Virus record (IMG/VR): IMGVR_UViG_2778261065_000024
Coordinates: 1-49,328 of that record
DNA: 49,328 nt
Strand: one strand, 5' to 3'
Source of the DNA: a virus
Lineage: Duplodnaviria > Heunggongvirae > Uroviricota > Caudoviricetes
The notes under the pieces are model-generated. The model was given only the letters and a program-made list of their open reading frames with translations, was not told the origin of the DNA and did no database searches. Shown here one piece after another: positions 9,949 through 19,170 of the stretch. The position numbers and the translations under genes are program-made. Positions within the stretch are counted from its first letter, which is position 1; every line of letters starts with the position of its first letter.

Positions 9949-9967
9949 GGCGTGGCGGGGATACGAG
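9949..9967 (+). other. candidate cos (cohesive end) site of the 186-like prophage
   Basis: GGCGTGGCGGGGATACGAG resembles the P2 cos cohesive end GGCGAGGCGGGGAAAGCAC as I recall it; correct strand relative to Q; the recalled sequence is not verified. Confidence 0.3.
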
Positions 9968-10077
9968 CGCGCGCTCATGGTTGAATTAATGAAATTATGG
10001 TGTTAAATAGGCTAGCTTTTTAAGTCGTGAATATTCAATTTTTCAACTCATTTTTTTCATAGGGAGGAGTAATTGAC

Positions 10078-10776
10078 ATGGTTATGTTAGTGGATGACTG
10101 TCCACGATGTGGATCACAAAAAATAGCGTTTGATGTTAATGGGCTGAATTGCACTAGGGTTTACAATGCATTGGGCGGGGGTAAAACATACGAGTACGAG
10201 GTCTATTGTGTTTGCCGAGAGTGTCATAAAACGACAATGTTTCTTTGCAGACCTTTAACGAAAAATAAAACTTTAGATGGCTATAATTGGGAAAGTGGAA
10301 TATTCGGCTTAAAGGAAGTTGCAGAGGTTGTTAGGCCTATATCACCGGCAGACTTAGCAGTAGAGGAGCCACCAGAGTTCTTACCTGAGCATATCAATAG
10401 TGCATATGAGGAAGGGGCGAAATGTTTGGCTATAGGTTGTTATAATGCAGCAGCAACCATGTTTAGGCTTTGCCTTGATTATGCCACAAAAGGACTTCTT
10501 CCTGATGGGGAGCAAGGGCCTGCGCAAAAAATAAGGAGAAGCCTAGGGTTAAGAATGGAGTGGTTATTTGATAATCATCTACTGCCTGAAGCTTTAAGGG
10601 AACTAGCTGAATGCGTTAAAGATGACGGAAATGATGGAGCGCATGAAGGTATTTTGGATAAAGCTGCTGCTGAGGATCTTGAAGATTTTACCTATCTTTT
10701 TTTAGAACGGCTTTACACTGAACCTCAACGCCTTATCGAAGCCAAGACAAGGCGTGAACAAAGAAGAAACAAATAA
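10078..10776 (+). CDS. zinc-ribbon protein with DUF4145-like C-terminal domain (cargo gene, candidate defence)
   Basis: 232 aa; strong RBS AGGGAGGAG; N-terminal CPRCG...CVCRECH (C4 zinc ribbon); C-terminal VKDDGNDGAHEG resembles the GN..AH signature I associate with DUF4145; sits between candidate cos and the Q stop. Confidence 0.75.
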   Translation: MVMLVDDCPRCGSQKIAFDVNGLNCTRVYNALGGGKTYEYEVYCVCRECHKTTMFLCRPLTKNKTLDGYNWESGIFGLKEVAEVVRPISPADLAVEEPPEFLPEHINSAYEEGAKCLAIGCYNAAATMFRLCLDYATKGLLPDGEQGPAQKIRRSLGLRMEWLFDNHLLPEALRELAECVKDDGNDGAHEGILDKAAAEDLEDFTYLFLERLYTEPQRLIEAKTRREQRRNK

Positions 10777-10784
10777 GTTCGGAA

Positions 10785-11822
10785 TTATTCTTCTGAAAGA
10801 ATATAGGGCGTAAATTTAATCACTTCTTCGCCCAGCCAGTCGTTCAGCTCTTGTAGCCTTTTTTGCAAGGGAGTTAATTCATTACGTACAAATACGCGAC
10901 TGGCCTTCTCCACATCCCCAAACCCTCCAACATTATTAGGCATAATCCCCATCATTTGCGGCGGCACGCGGTGCGCAGCCATCATGTCGTCGCGGCTGAC
11001 ATTTTTGATATTCAAAAACTCATCCTTCGCCGCGACTTCTGACAATGGGATGATCTGAAGCCCGTCTTTTTTGCCGTTAGGCGAGTACATAAACAGGTTG
11101 CGGAAGTTGCCTGGACCTTTGGCGCTTTTCATCGCATTGCGGAGGTTGTTCACATCCTCCTGGTTTTGCGCGGCATCGGTCATGTACATGATAAAGCCCG
11201 CATGACTGCCGTTAATGTAATACTTGCGACGGAACAGCGTGGCGGACTCGTTGAGCAGGGCTGACGGAATGGCAGAAAGATAACCGGGCAGGCCGTAGAT
11301 CTCCTGATTAATATCCGGTTCCATCAGATGAAAAATGCTGCCTTTCGTGAACTGATACGGCTGGGTTGTCATACCGTATTGCACAAACCAGTAGGTATCC
11401 AGGTCTAACCCGCGTCGGGTGTATTTTGCCAGTGCAGGCTCAAGGGCGATAACTTCACCGAAGCGGTTCGTGCGTTTCTCCAGGTAGGCGTTACCAAAAA
11501 CCAGATAGTCCTGCACAAAACGCGAAAAAGCCTGCTGGCTGAGCAGCGGGTGAGGGATGTAGGTGCTGGTCAGAATGTTGCACTTTACTGCAATCGGGGA
11601 ACTATGATGCACGGCAGCGCGGAAGGTGCGCGCCAGTCCGTCAAAGCTGACGGGCGGCTCATACCAGCGGTCCATCTGTACGCATTCCACATAATCCAGC
11701 AGTTCTCGGCGGTCCAGAACAGGAACGGGATCGCCGAAGCTGAATGCTTCGGCTGTAGTTTGACTTTTAAGCTGGATCTGTTTCGTCGCCGCAGCGCGGT
11801 TCTTCTTACTCTTTCCCATCAA
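10785..11822 (-). CDS. Q: portal protein gpQ
   Basis: 345 aa; P2 Q-like length and position; paralogous to the 36740-37786 copy (HRVPPQMMG, GDVEKA). Confidence 0.9.
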   Translation of the reverse strand: MMGKSKKNRAAATKQIQLKSQTTAEAFSFGDPVPVLDRRELLDYVECVQMDRWYEPPVSFDGLARTFRAAVHHSSPIAVKCNILTSTYIPHPLLSQQAFSRFVQDYLVFGNAYLEKRTNRFGEVIALEPALAKYTRRGLDLDTYWFVQYGMTTQPYQFTKGSIFHLMEPDINQEIYGLPGYLSAIPSALLNESATLFRRKYYINGSHAGFIMYMTDAAQNQEDVNNLRNAMKSAKGPGNFRNLFMYSPNGKKDGLQIIPLSEVAAKDEFLNIKNVSRDDMMAAHRVPPQMMGIMPNNVGGFGDVEKASRVFVRNELTPLQKRLQELNDWLGEEVIKFTPYILSEE

Positions 11823-13585
11823 AAAATCTCCACAATATTGCTGGTATTGGCGGATTCGCCCTGCAGCGGTTCGTTAAACAGTGCGTGCATCGTTGCCCAG
11901 GCCAGATCGGCGTGGCTGGCTTCTTCGCTGCGGCTGGCTTCATAGGTCGGGCGGTTGCCACTGGCGGTGGTGGCGCGACGGATTGCCATAAAGGACTGCG
12001 CTATGTCGGTGTGTCCGGCGTCAAACTCCAGACGGCGGTGGCTGATAATGTCGTAGGCCTTGAGTACCAGGGCGTTTTTAACGTTGGGGTTGTAGACAAA
12101 CTCCCGGACGGCAGGAAAAAACGCTTTCACGTTCTCGTAAACCCCGTGACCAACGCCGGTTGAGTCGATACCGATATAGGTCACGTTGTACTGTTCGGTC
12201 AGTTTTTTGATGGCGTCAGCCTGGGCGCGGAAGTCCATTCCGCGCCACTGGTGACGCTCAAGAATGCGGAACTTACCGCCCGGCACGGCTGGCGGCGCCA
12301 CCACCACGCATCCGGCGCTGTCGCCGTTCTGCGTACCTTTCGCCGGGTCATATCCGATCCACACTTCGCGCCAGCCAAACGGGCGCAGGGCCAGTGCATG
12401 AAAGTCGGTCCAGACTTCCCAACTGTCCACCATGCACGCCTGCAGCTCGCTGAGCGGGAACACGGACGCGAGATCGTCCACGAACTCGCACATCAGCAGG
12501 TTCTGGTATTCGTCCGGGCTGTACTCCATGCGCAACTGGTCAAGGTCGAACAGGTTACAGCCGCCGCGCACCGCATCTTCCACGGTGACTATCTGGCGGT
12601 ACTGCCCGTCTGCGCACAGCAGGCCGGGGGCCAGATTGCTGTGGGACAGGTCGATGTCCACCTTATCGGCTTTGTTGCGCCCTCGGTTGAACAGCGCACC
12701 GGACCAGAACGGATAAGCACTGTGTGTCAGGCTGGATGGCGTGGAAAAATAGGTTTGTCGCCATTTTTTGTGAATAGCCATACCGGAAGCCACTTTGCGC
12801 AGCTCCTGGAATTTCGGTATCCAGAAATATTCATCCAGATACAGGTTGCCGTGGTAACTCTGGGCCGTGCGGGCATTGGTGCCGAGGAAGTAAAGCGTGG
12901 CCCCGTTAGGAAGCACCATCGGATCGCCTTTCAGCTCCACCTCGACTTCTTTGGCGAAGTCGATGATGTACTGCTTAAAGACGTGGGCCTGTGCCTTACT
13001 GGCGGAAAGGAAAATCTGGTTACGTCCGGTCAGCAGGGCGTCAATCAGGGCTTCACGGGCAAAGTAAAAGGTCGCGCCGATCTGGCGAGACTTCAGCAGG
13101 TTGCGGATGCGATTGGTTTTTCCGGCTTCCCACCAGTGGCGCTGGTAGTTGAACATGGAGGAATGGAAGATTTCTTCCAGCTTCTCAATCTGTTCATCGG
13201 TGAAAACATTCTTTTCCGGCTGACGGCGCGGCCCTTTGTTGCGGTTGGCGACGTTAGGGTTTAAGTCGGCTTCGTTGCCGCCATTGTTAAACTTGCCGAT
13301 CCGCGCGTGGCGCTCCGACTGGCGCGCCAGCAGGTCAATTTCTTTGAAATCTTTCCCTTCTTTGTGCTCCTTCATAATGAGCTGGCAGTAGCGGGCGGCG
13401 GTGGTGAGCTGCATCTGATCCAGCGGCCCATAGTCACCCCACTTGTCGCGTTTTTTCCAGCTGTGAACGGTTGCAACTTTCTCGCCCAGCATTTCAGCAA
13501 TGCGGGCTACGCGGTATCCCTGAAAGTACAGCAGCATGGCCTGCCGACGGGGATCGAGATCTGCGGGTGTCAGTGTGGTGTTCAT
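11819..13585 (-). CDS. P: terminase large (ATPase) subunit gpP
   Basis: 588 aa; paralogous to 34989-36740; conserved LKSRQIGATFYFA block; overlaps the Q start. Confidence 0.9.
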   Translation of the reverse strand: MNTTLTPADLDPRRQAMLLYFQGYRVARIAEMLGEKVATVHSWKKRDKWGDYGPLDQMQLTTAARYCQLIMKEHKEGKDFKEIDLLARQSERHARIGKFNNGGNEADLNPNVANRNKGPRRQPEKNVFTDEQIEKLEEIFHSSMFNYQRHWWEAGKTNRIRNLLKSRQIGATFYFAREALIDALLTGRNQIFLSASKAQAHVFKQYIIDFAKEVEVELKGDPMVLPNGATLYFLGTNARTAQSYHGNLYLDEYFWIPKFQELRKVASGMAIHKKWRQTYFSTPSSLTHSAYPFWSGALFNRGRNKADKVDIDLSHSNLAPGLLCADGQYRQIVTVEDAVRGGCNLFDLDQLRMEYSPDEYQNLLMCEFVDDLASVFPLSELQACMVDSWEVWTDFHALALRPFGWREVWIGYDPAKGTQNGDSAGCVVVAPPAVPGGKFRILERHQWRGMDFRAQADAIKKLTEQYNVTYIGIDSTGVGHGVYENVKAFFPAVREFVYNPNVKNALVLKAYDIISHRRLEFDAGHTDIAQSFMAIRRATTASGNRPTYEASRSEEASHADLAWATMHALFNEPLQGESANTSNIVEIF

Positions 13586-13631
13586 GGCACAAACCTACAG
13601 CCTTGAATGAAGGCTTTCCCCGCCTGCGGTT

Positions 13632-13649
13632 TGTGTGGTTGTCGGTACA
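13632..13649. promoter_or_regulatory. TGT-N12-ACA dyad (Ogr/B-type late activator site) in the divergent P/O late promoter region
   Basis: TGTgtggttgtcggtACA between the P and O start codons. Confidence 0.4.
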
Positions 13650-13727
13650 AATACCGCGCATTGTTTCACTGCCCCCATCACCGCAACCATAAGGCTCCAG
13701 TAAGTTTTTTCTAACGGAGCACGGCTC

Positions 13728-14561
13728 ATGACAGTGAAAGCAAAGCGTTTTCGCATCGGGGTGGAAGGTGCCACTACCGACGGACGCGAAATCCAGCGTG
13801 AATGGCTGGAACAGATGGCAGCCAGCTACAACCCGGCGGTGTATACCGCGCTGATTAACCTTGAGCACATTAAGTCTTATCTGCCGGACAGCACGTTTAA
13901 CCGCTACGGCAAGGTGACGGCGCTGTTTGCTGAAGAAATCGCGGAAGGTCCGCTGGCAGGCAAGATGGCACTGTATGCCGACGTTGAGCCAACGGAGTCC
14001 CTGGTGGAACTGGTGAAAAAAGGCCAGAAATTATTCACCTCTATGGAAGTCAGCCCGAAGTTTGCTGATACGGGCAAAGCCTACCTGGTCGGCCTGGCTG
14101 CCACTGATGATCCCGCCAGTCTGGGTACGGAAATGCTGACATTCAGCGCCAGTGCAGCCCATAACCCGCTGGCAAACCGCAAGCAGAATCCTGCCAATCT
14201 TTTTACCGCTGCAGAGGAAACGGTGATCGAACTGGAAGAAATCCAGGAGGACAAGCCGTCCCTGTTTGCCCGCGTCACGGCGCTGTTTACCAAAAAAGAG
14301 CAGTCCGATGACGTCCGGTTCTCTGATGTGCATAAGGCCGTGGAACTGGTCGCCACTGAGCAGCAGAACCTGAGCACGCGCACCGAAAAATCCCTGTCTG
14401 AGCAGGAAGAACGCCTGTCTGAGCTGGAGACTGCTCTGCAGGAGCAGCAAACCGCCTTTAACGAACTGGTGGATAAGCTGAGTCATGAAGACAGCCGCCA
14501 GGACTACCGCCAGCGTGCAACAGGCGGCAACGCCCCCGCTGACACTCTGACCAATTGCTGA
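13728..14561 (+). CDS. O: capsid scaffolding protein gpO
   Basis: 277 aa; N-terminal FRIGVEGATTDGREI; P2 O-like position before the major capsid gene. Confidence 0.85.
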   Translation: MTVKAKRFRIGVEGATTDGREIQREWLEQMAASYNPAVYTALINLEHIKSYLPDSTFNRYGKVTALFAEEIAEGPLAGKMALYADVEPTESLVELVKKGQKLFTSMEVSPKFADTGKAYLVGLAATDDPASLGTEMLTFSASAAHNPLANRKQNPANLFTAAEETVIELEEIQEDKPSLFARVTALFTKKEQSDDVRFSDVHKAVELVATEQQNLSTRTEKSLSEQEERLSELETALQEQQTAFNELVDKLSHEDSRQDYRQRATGGNAPADTLTNC

Positions 14562-14577
14562 TGGAGCATAAAACCCA

Positions 14578-15636
14578 ATGAAGAAGAATACCCGTTTTGC
14601 TTTTAACGCTTACCTGCAGCAACTGGCGCGTCTGAACGGTGTGGCAGTTGAGGAACTGTCCAGCAAGTTCACCGTAGAGCCGTCTGTGCAGCAGACGCTG
14701 GAAGACCAGATCCAGCAGTCCGCCGCTTTCCTGACGCTGATTAACGTCACGCCAGTGACTGAGCAGTCCGGTCAGCTGCTTGGATTGGGTGTTGGCAGCA
14801 CCATTGCCGGAACCACTGACACCACCGCGAAAGAGCGTGAACCTGTCGATCCGACGCTGATGATCGATGTGGAATACAAATGCGAACAGACCAACTTTGA
14901 CACGGTGCTGACCTACGCGAAGCTGGACCTGTGGGCGAAGTTTCAGGATTTCCAGGTGCGTATCCGTGACGCCATCGTGAAACGCCAGGCACTGGACCGC
15001 ATCATGATCGGCTTTAACGGCGTGAAGCGTGCGAAAACCTCCAACCGTAGCGAAAACCCGCTGCTGCAGGATGTGAACAAAGGCTGGCTGCAGAAAATCC
15101 GTGAGGATGCACCGGATCACGTCATGGGCAGCACCACCACGGGCGGTGAAACCACACCGGGTGCGGTGAAAGTCGGGAAAGGTGGCGAATATGCCAACCT
15201 GGACGCCGTGGTGATGGATGCGGTCAATGAGCTTATCGACGTGGTCTACCAGGACGATGACGATCTGGTGGTGATTTGCGGTCGTGAGCTGCTGTCTGAC
15301 AAGTATTTCCCGCTGGTCAACAAAGAGCAGGAAAACAGTGAAAAACTGGCTGCCGATATGATCATCAGTCAGAAACGCATGGGTGGCCTGCAGGCCGTGC
15401 GTGCGCCGTTCTTCCCGCCGAATGCGCTGCTGATCACCCGTCTGGATAACCTGTCCATTTACTGGCAGGAAGACACCCGCCGCCGTTCGGTTATCGACAA
15501 CCCGAAACGTGACCGGATTGAAAATTTTGAATCCGTTAACGAAGCCTATGTGGTTGAGGACTACCGCTGCGCCGCACTGGTGGAAAACATCCAGATTGGC
15601 GACTTCAGCGCCGCCGCAGCAGAAACCGGAGCGTAA
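14578..15636 (+). CDS. N: major capsid protein gpN
   Basis: 352 aa; paralogous to 32923-33975; P2 N-like length and synteny. Confidence 0.9.
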   Translation: MKKNTRFAFNAYLQQLARLNGVAVEELSSKFTVEPSVQQTLEDQIQQSAAFLTLINVTPVTEQSGQLLGLGVGSTIAGTTDTTAKEREPVDPTLMIDVEYKCEQTNFDTVLTYAKLDLWAKFQDFQVRIRDAIVKRQALDRIMIGFNGVKRAKTSNRSENPLLQDVNKGWLQKIREDAPDHVMGSTTTGGETTPGAVKVGKGGEYANLDAVVMDAVNELIDVVYQDDDDLVVICGRELLSDKYFPLVNKEQENSEKLAADMIISQKRMGGLQAVRAPFFPPNALLITRLDNLSIYWQEDTRRRSVIDNPKRDRIENFESVNEAYVVEDYRCAALVENIQIGDFSAAAAETGA

Positions 15637-15639
15637 ACC

Positions 15640-16290
15640 ATGAGCCTGAGTCCCGCACGGCAGCATCGCCTGCGCGTTCAGGCTGAACAGGCCGCCCGCG
15701 AGGGCGGCAGCGTTCGCCACGCGTCGGGCTATGACCTGATGCTGCTGCAACTGGCAGAAGACCGCCGCCGTCTCAAGGGCGTTCAGTCCACGGTCAAAAA
15801 AGCGGAAATCAAGGTGGAGCTGCTGCCGAAATACGCCGCCTGGGCGGAGGGTGTCCTGGCTGCCGGAGGCGCTCAACAGGATGACGTGCTGATGTACGTG
15901 ATGCTGTGGCGCATTGATGCCGAAGATTATGTCGGAGCGCTGGAGATCGGGCGTCATGCCCTGCGTCATGGCTGGGTGATGCCGCTGGGTAACCGCAACG
16001 TGCAGACCGTGCTGGCAGAGGAAATGGCAGACGCAGCGCAGAGCGCAATGCTTGCCACTACCGGCTTTGATGTCGATCTGCTGCTGCAGACGCTGGAGCT
16101 GACAGACGGTCTGGATATGCCGGACCAGTCACGGGCGCGTCTGCATAAAGCGATTGGCGCTGTCCTGAGTGAAAGTAATCCGGCTTCCGCCCTTAATCAT
16201 CTCAACCATGCGTTACAGCTCGATCCCCGCTGTGGCGTGAAAAAAGACAAACAGCAGCTGGAGCGCAGACTGCGCAATGACAGCCGCTGA
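15640..16290 (+). CDS. M: terminase small/endonuclease subunit gpM
   Basis: 216 aa; synteny O-N-M-L; paralogous to 32077-32877. Confidence 0.85.
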   Translation: MSLSPARQHRLRVQAEQAAREGGSVRHASGYDLMLLQLAEDRRRLKGVQSTVKKAEIKVELLPKYAAWAEGVLAAGGAQQDDVLMYVMLWRIDAEDYVGALEIGRHALRHGWVMPLGNRNVQTVLAEEMADAAQSAMLATTGFDVDLLLQTLELTDGLDMPDQSRARLHKAIGAVLSESNPASALNHLNHALQLDPRCGVKKDKQQLERRLRNDSR

Positions 16291-16385
16291 CAGAACGTGC
16301 CCCCGCGCACGGGCGGCACGGGGTGGCGAAAGGCACTGCCACATCAAAACCCCGTCCACCGCCCTTTATTTCAGGAGAAAGCAGC

Positions 16386-16850
16386 ATGAAGTTTGTTGCG
16401 CCAGAACAGGCACCGGAACAGGCGGAAATCATCAGAAATACGCCGTTCTGGCCTGATGTGGACCTGTCGGAGTTTCGCAGTGTCATGCGCACTGACGGCA
16501 CGGTGACGCAGCCGCGTTTAAAGCAGGTTGCGCTGTCGGCAATTTCGGAGGTCAACGCAGAGCTGTATGAGTTTCGCAGACGCCAGCAGATGCTGGGGTA
16601 TGCCTCGCTGGCAGAAGTCCCGGCGGAACAACTGGACGGCAAAAGCGAGCGCATTCAGCACTATTTCAACGCGGTTTACTGCTGGGCACGCGCCATGCTC
16701 AACGAACGTTACCAGGACTATGACGCCACGGCATCCGGTGCGAAGCGAGGCGAGGAACTGGCGGAAGCAAGCGGTGATTTATGGCGTGACGCCCGCTGGG
16801 CCATCAGCCGGGTGCAGGATGCGCCGCACTGCACAGTGGAGCTTATCTGA
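16386..16850 (+). CDS. L: head completion protein gpL
   Basis: ATG at 16386 after AGGAGAAAG; synteny; paralogous to 31479-31973. Confidence 0.85.
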   Translation: MKFVAPEQAPEQAEIIRNTPFWPDVDLSEFRSVMRTDGTVTQPRLKQVALSAISEVNAELYEFRRRQQMLGYASLAEVPAEQLDGKSERIQHYFNAVYCWARAMLNERYQDYDATASGAKRGEELAEASGDLWRDARWAISRVQDAPHCTVELI

Positions 16851-17053
16851 TGAAAGTGCGTGCGCATCAGTATGACACGGTGGACGCACTTTGCTGGCGT
16901 CATTACGGGCGCACGCAGGGTGTCACGGAGCAGGTACTGAAGGCAAATCCGGGGCTTGCCGAATACGGCCCCTTTTTACCTCACGGGCTGCAGGTGGAGC
17001 TGCCGGACATTCCGACAACCACCACCGTGCAGACCGTCCAGCTATGGGACTGA
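16850..17053 (+). CDS. X: tail protein gpX
   Basis: 67 aa MKVRAHQYDTVDALCWRHYGRTQGVTEQVLKANPGL; paralogous to 31279-31479. Confidence 0.8.
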   Translation: MKVRAHQYDTVDALCWRHYGRTQGVTEQVLKANPGLAEYGPFLPHGLQVELPDIPTTTTVQTVQLWD

Positions 17054-17056
17054 ATT

Positions 17057-17272
17057 ATGACGCTTGAGCGAATCAGCGCCTTTATCACGTATTGCATCGC
17101 CGTCGTGCTGGCCTGGCTGGGCGATTTGTCCATCAAGGATGCCTCAACGCTGGGCGGCCTGATGATTGGTGTGCTGATGCTGGCTATCAACTGGTACTAC
17201 AAACACAAAGCCTACCAGCTTCTGCGCGACGGGCAGATTTCGCGGGAGGACTATGAATCCATCAATCGTTAA
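17057..17272 (+). CDS. holin (small membrane protein)
   Basis: 71 aa with hydrophobic helices, immediately upstream of the endolysin. Confidence 0.6.
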   Translation: MTLERISAFITYCIAVVLAWLGDLSIKDASTLGGLMIGVLMLAINWYYKHKAYQLLRDGQISREDYESINR

Positions 17273-17768
17273 ACGCTGCCTTGTCGGAGCCGTGCTGGCT
17301 ATTGCTGCCACGCTGCCGGGGTTTCAGCAGCTTCACACCTCCGTGGAGGGGCTGAAACTGATTGCCGATTACGAAGGTTGTCGTCTGCAGCCGTATCAGT
17401 GCAGCGCGGGTGTCTGGACCGACGGCATTGGAAATACGTCGGGCGTCATTCCCGGCAAAACAATCACGGAACGACAGGCAGCAGAAGGGCTTATTTCCAA
17501 CGTGCTGCGTGTGGAGCGGGCGCTGGAAAGGTGTGTGAAGCAACAGCCGCCGCAGAAGGTATATGACGCTACGGTGTCGTTTGCCTTCAACGTGGGAACG
17601 GGCAATGCCTGCAGTTCTACGCTGGTGAAATTGCTCAATCAGCGGCGCTGGGCAGAAGCGTGCCGACAGTTGCCGCGCTGGGTTTATGTGAAAGGTGTGT
17701 TTAATCAGGGGCTGGATAACCGCCGTGCGCGGGAGATGGCCTGGTGCCTTAAAGGAGCTGGATTATGA
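17253..17768 (+). CDS. endolysin, lysozyme with SAR-type N-terminal hydrophobic anchor
   Basis: N-terminal LVGAVLAIAATL; lysozyme catalytic-region pattern DYEG...TDGIGNT; lysis cassette position. Confidence 0.8.
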   Translation: MNPSIVKRCLVGAVLAIAATLPGFQQLHTSVEGLKLIADYEGCRLQPYQCSAGVWTDGIGNTSGVIPGKTITERQAAEGLISNVLRVERALERCVKQQPPQKVYDATVSFAFNVGTGNACSSTLVKLLNQRRWAEACRQLPRWVYVKGVFNQGLDNRRAREMAWCLKGAGL

Positions 17769-18193
17769 CGCGTGCGCTGGCGGTAGTGGCGGCGCTGGCA
17801 CTCGTTGCGCTGGGCTGGCAGTCGTGGCGGCTTAACAGCGCCAGCCACACCATCGAAACGCAGCGCGCGGCGCTGAAAAGTAAAGCGCACGAACTAACGA
17901 AGAAAAATAGCCAGCTGATCAGTCTGTCCATTCTGGCTGAAACCAATAACAGGGAGCAGGCGCGGCTCTATGCCGAAGCAGAACAGACCAGCGCGCTGCT
18001 GAGACAACGACAACACCGGATCGAGGAACTGAAACGTGAGAACGAGGATTTACGCCGCTGGGCTGATACTCCTTTGCCTGCTGACATTATCCGGCTGCGG
18101 GAACGTCCGGCACTCACCGGAGGTGCAGCTTACCGTCAGTGGTTGTCCGCGAGTGACGCCGTGTCGGCTGGAGCAGGCAGCGCCGCGCACTAA
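17765..18193 (+). CDS. i-spanin (Rz/LysB-like)
   Basis: N-terminal TM helix, charged coiled-coil-like body; follows the endolysin; embeds the start of an overlapping lipoprotein ORF. Confidence 0.6.
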   Translation: MTRALAVVAALALVALGWQSWRLNSASHTIETQRAALKSKAHELTKKNSQLISLSILAETNNREQARLYAEAEQTSALLRQRQHRIEELKRENEDLRRWADTPLPADIIRLRERPALTGGAAYRQWLSASDAVSAGAGSAAH

Positions 18194-18326
18194 CGGTGAT
18201 CTGAACGCATTGCTGGATGAAACGGAGGCCGCCTGGGCGGTCTGTGCAGACAAAGTGGACATGATTATTGCGTGTCAGGAGCGAAACAGTGAACAAACCA
18301 CAATCCCTGCGCCACGCCCTCAATAA
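18036..18326 (+). CDS. o-spanin (Rz1/LysC-like lipoprotein)
   Basis: GTG start; signal peptide with lipobox LSGC; overlaps the 3' end of the i-spanin gene in another frame. Confidence 0.5.
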   Translation: MRTRIYAAGLILLCLLTLSGCGNVRHSPEVQLTVSGCPRVTPCRLEQAAPRTNGDLNALLDETEAAWAVCADKVDMIIACQERNSEQTTIPAPRPQ

Positions 18327-18720
18327 AGCAGTGCCTTATGTCCGCAATAACCCGGATAAGCTGCATCTGTTTGTGGATAACGGTTCGCTGGTTGCCACGG
18401 GGGCCAGCTCCATGTCATGGGAGTACCGTTATACCCTCAACGTGGTGATTGAGGATTTCAGCGGCGACCAGAATCTGCTGATGGCCCCGGTTTTGCTGTG
18501 GCTGCGTGATAACCAGCCCGATGCCATCAATAATCCGGCGTTACGGGAAAAGTTATTCACCTTTGAGGTGGATATTCTGCGCAACGATGTCTGTGATATC
18601 AGCCTCAACCTGCAACTGACGGAACGTGTGCTGGTCAGCACTGACGGAAGTGTGTCGAGCGTTGAAGCAGTAGCGGAACCCGATGAACCTGAAGAAATGT
18701 GGACGGTGAAACGTGGCTGA
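18289..18720 (+). CDS. R: tail completion protein gpR
   Basis: GTG at 18289 after AGGAG; aligns with the paralogue at 29344-29811 (YRY, LLxWLxxNQP); alternative TTG start at 18268. Confidence 0.8.
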   Translation: MNKPQSLRHALNKAVPYVRNNPDKLHLFVDNGSLVATGASSMSWEYRYTLNVVIEDFSGDQNLLMAPVLLWLRDNQPDAINNPALREKLFTFEVDILRNDVCDISLNLQLTERVLVSTDGSVSSVEAVAEPDEPEEMWTVKRG

Positions 18721-19165
18721 ACTGCAGAAGGTGGACGACTGGCTGAGTGCTTTGCTGGCGAATCTGGAACCAGCCGCAAGAAGCCGAATGATGCGCCAGC
18801 TGGCGCAGGAACTGCGCCGGACACAGCAGCAGAATATCAGGATGCAGCGCAATCCAGATGGCAGCAGTTATGAGCCGCGCAGGGTAACAGCACGCAGCAA
18901 GAAGGGGCGCATCAAACGTCAGATGTTTGCAAAGCTGCGCACCACAAAATACCTGAGAACTGCCGCCAGCGCGGATTCTGCCAGCGTACAGTTTGAAGGT
19001 AAGGTACAGCGTATTGCCCGTGTTCATCACTACGGTCTGCGCGATCGCGTCAGTCCAAAGGGGGGAGTCATTAAGTATCCATCCCGAAAATTGCTGGGTT
19101 TAAATGAACATACTGAAAATGAAGTAAGAGATTTACTTTTAAAGTATTTATTGATGAAAAATTAG
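18713..19165 (+). CDS. S: tail completion protein gpS
   Basis: 150 aa; GTG start overlapping the R stop; paralogous to 28716-29360 (IARVH, LLG). Confidence 0.85.
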   Translation: MAELQKVDDWLSALLANLEPAARSRMMRQLAQELRRTQQQNIRMQRNPDGSSYEPRRVTARSKKGRIKRQMFAKLRTTKYLRTAASADSASVQFEGKVQRIARVHHYGLRDRVSPKGGVIKYPSRKLLGLNEHTENEVRDLLLKYLLMKN

Positions 19166-19170
19166 AATGT

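Noticed and set aside
12251-13264. 337-aa plus-strand ORF inside the terminase gene P
   Set aside because: Antisense to the conserved terminase large subunit; composition looks like a frame artefact
14458-15969. 503-aa ORF on the minus strand antisense to the capsid genes N and M
   Set aside because: Lies entirely antisense to well-supported, syntenic structural genes in GC-rich sequence where long spurious ORFs are common; low-complexity Arg/His/Gln-rich translation
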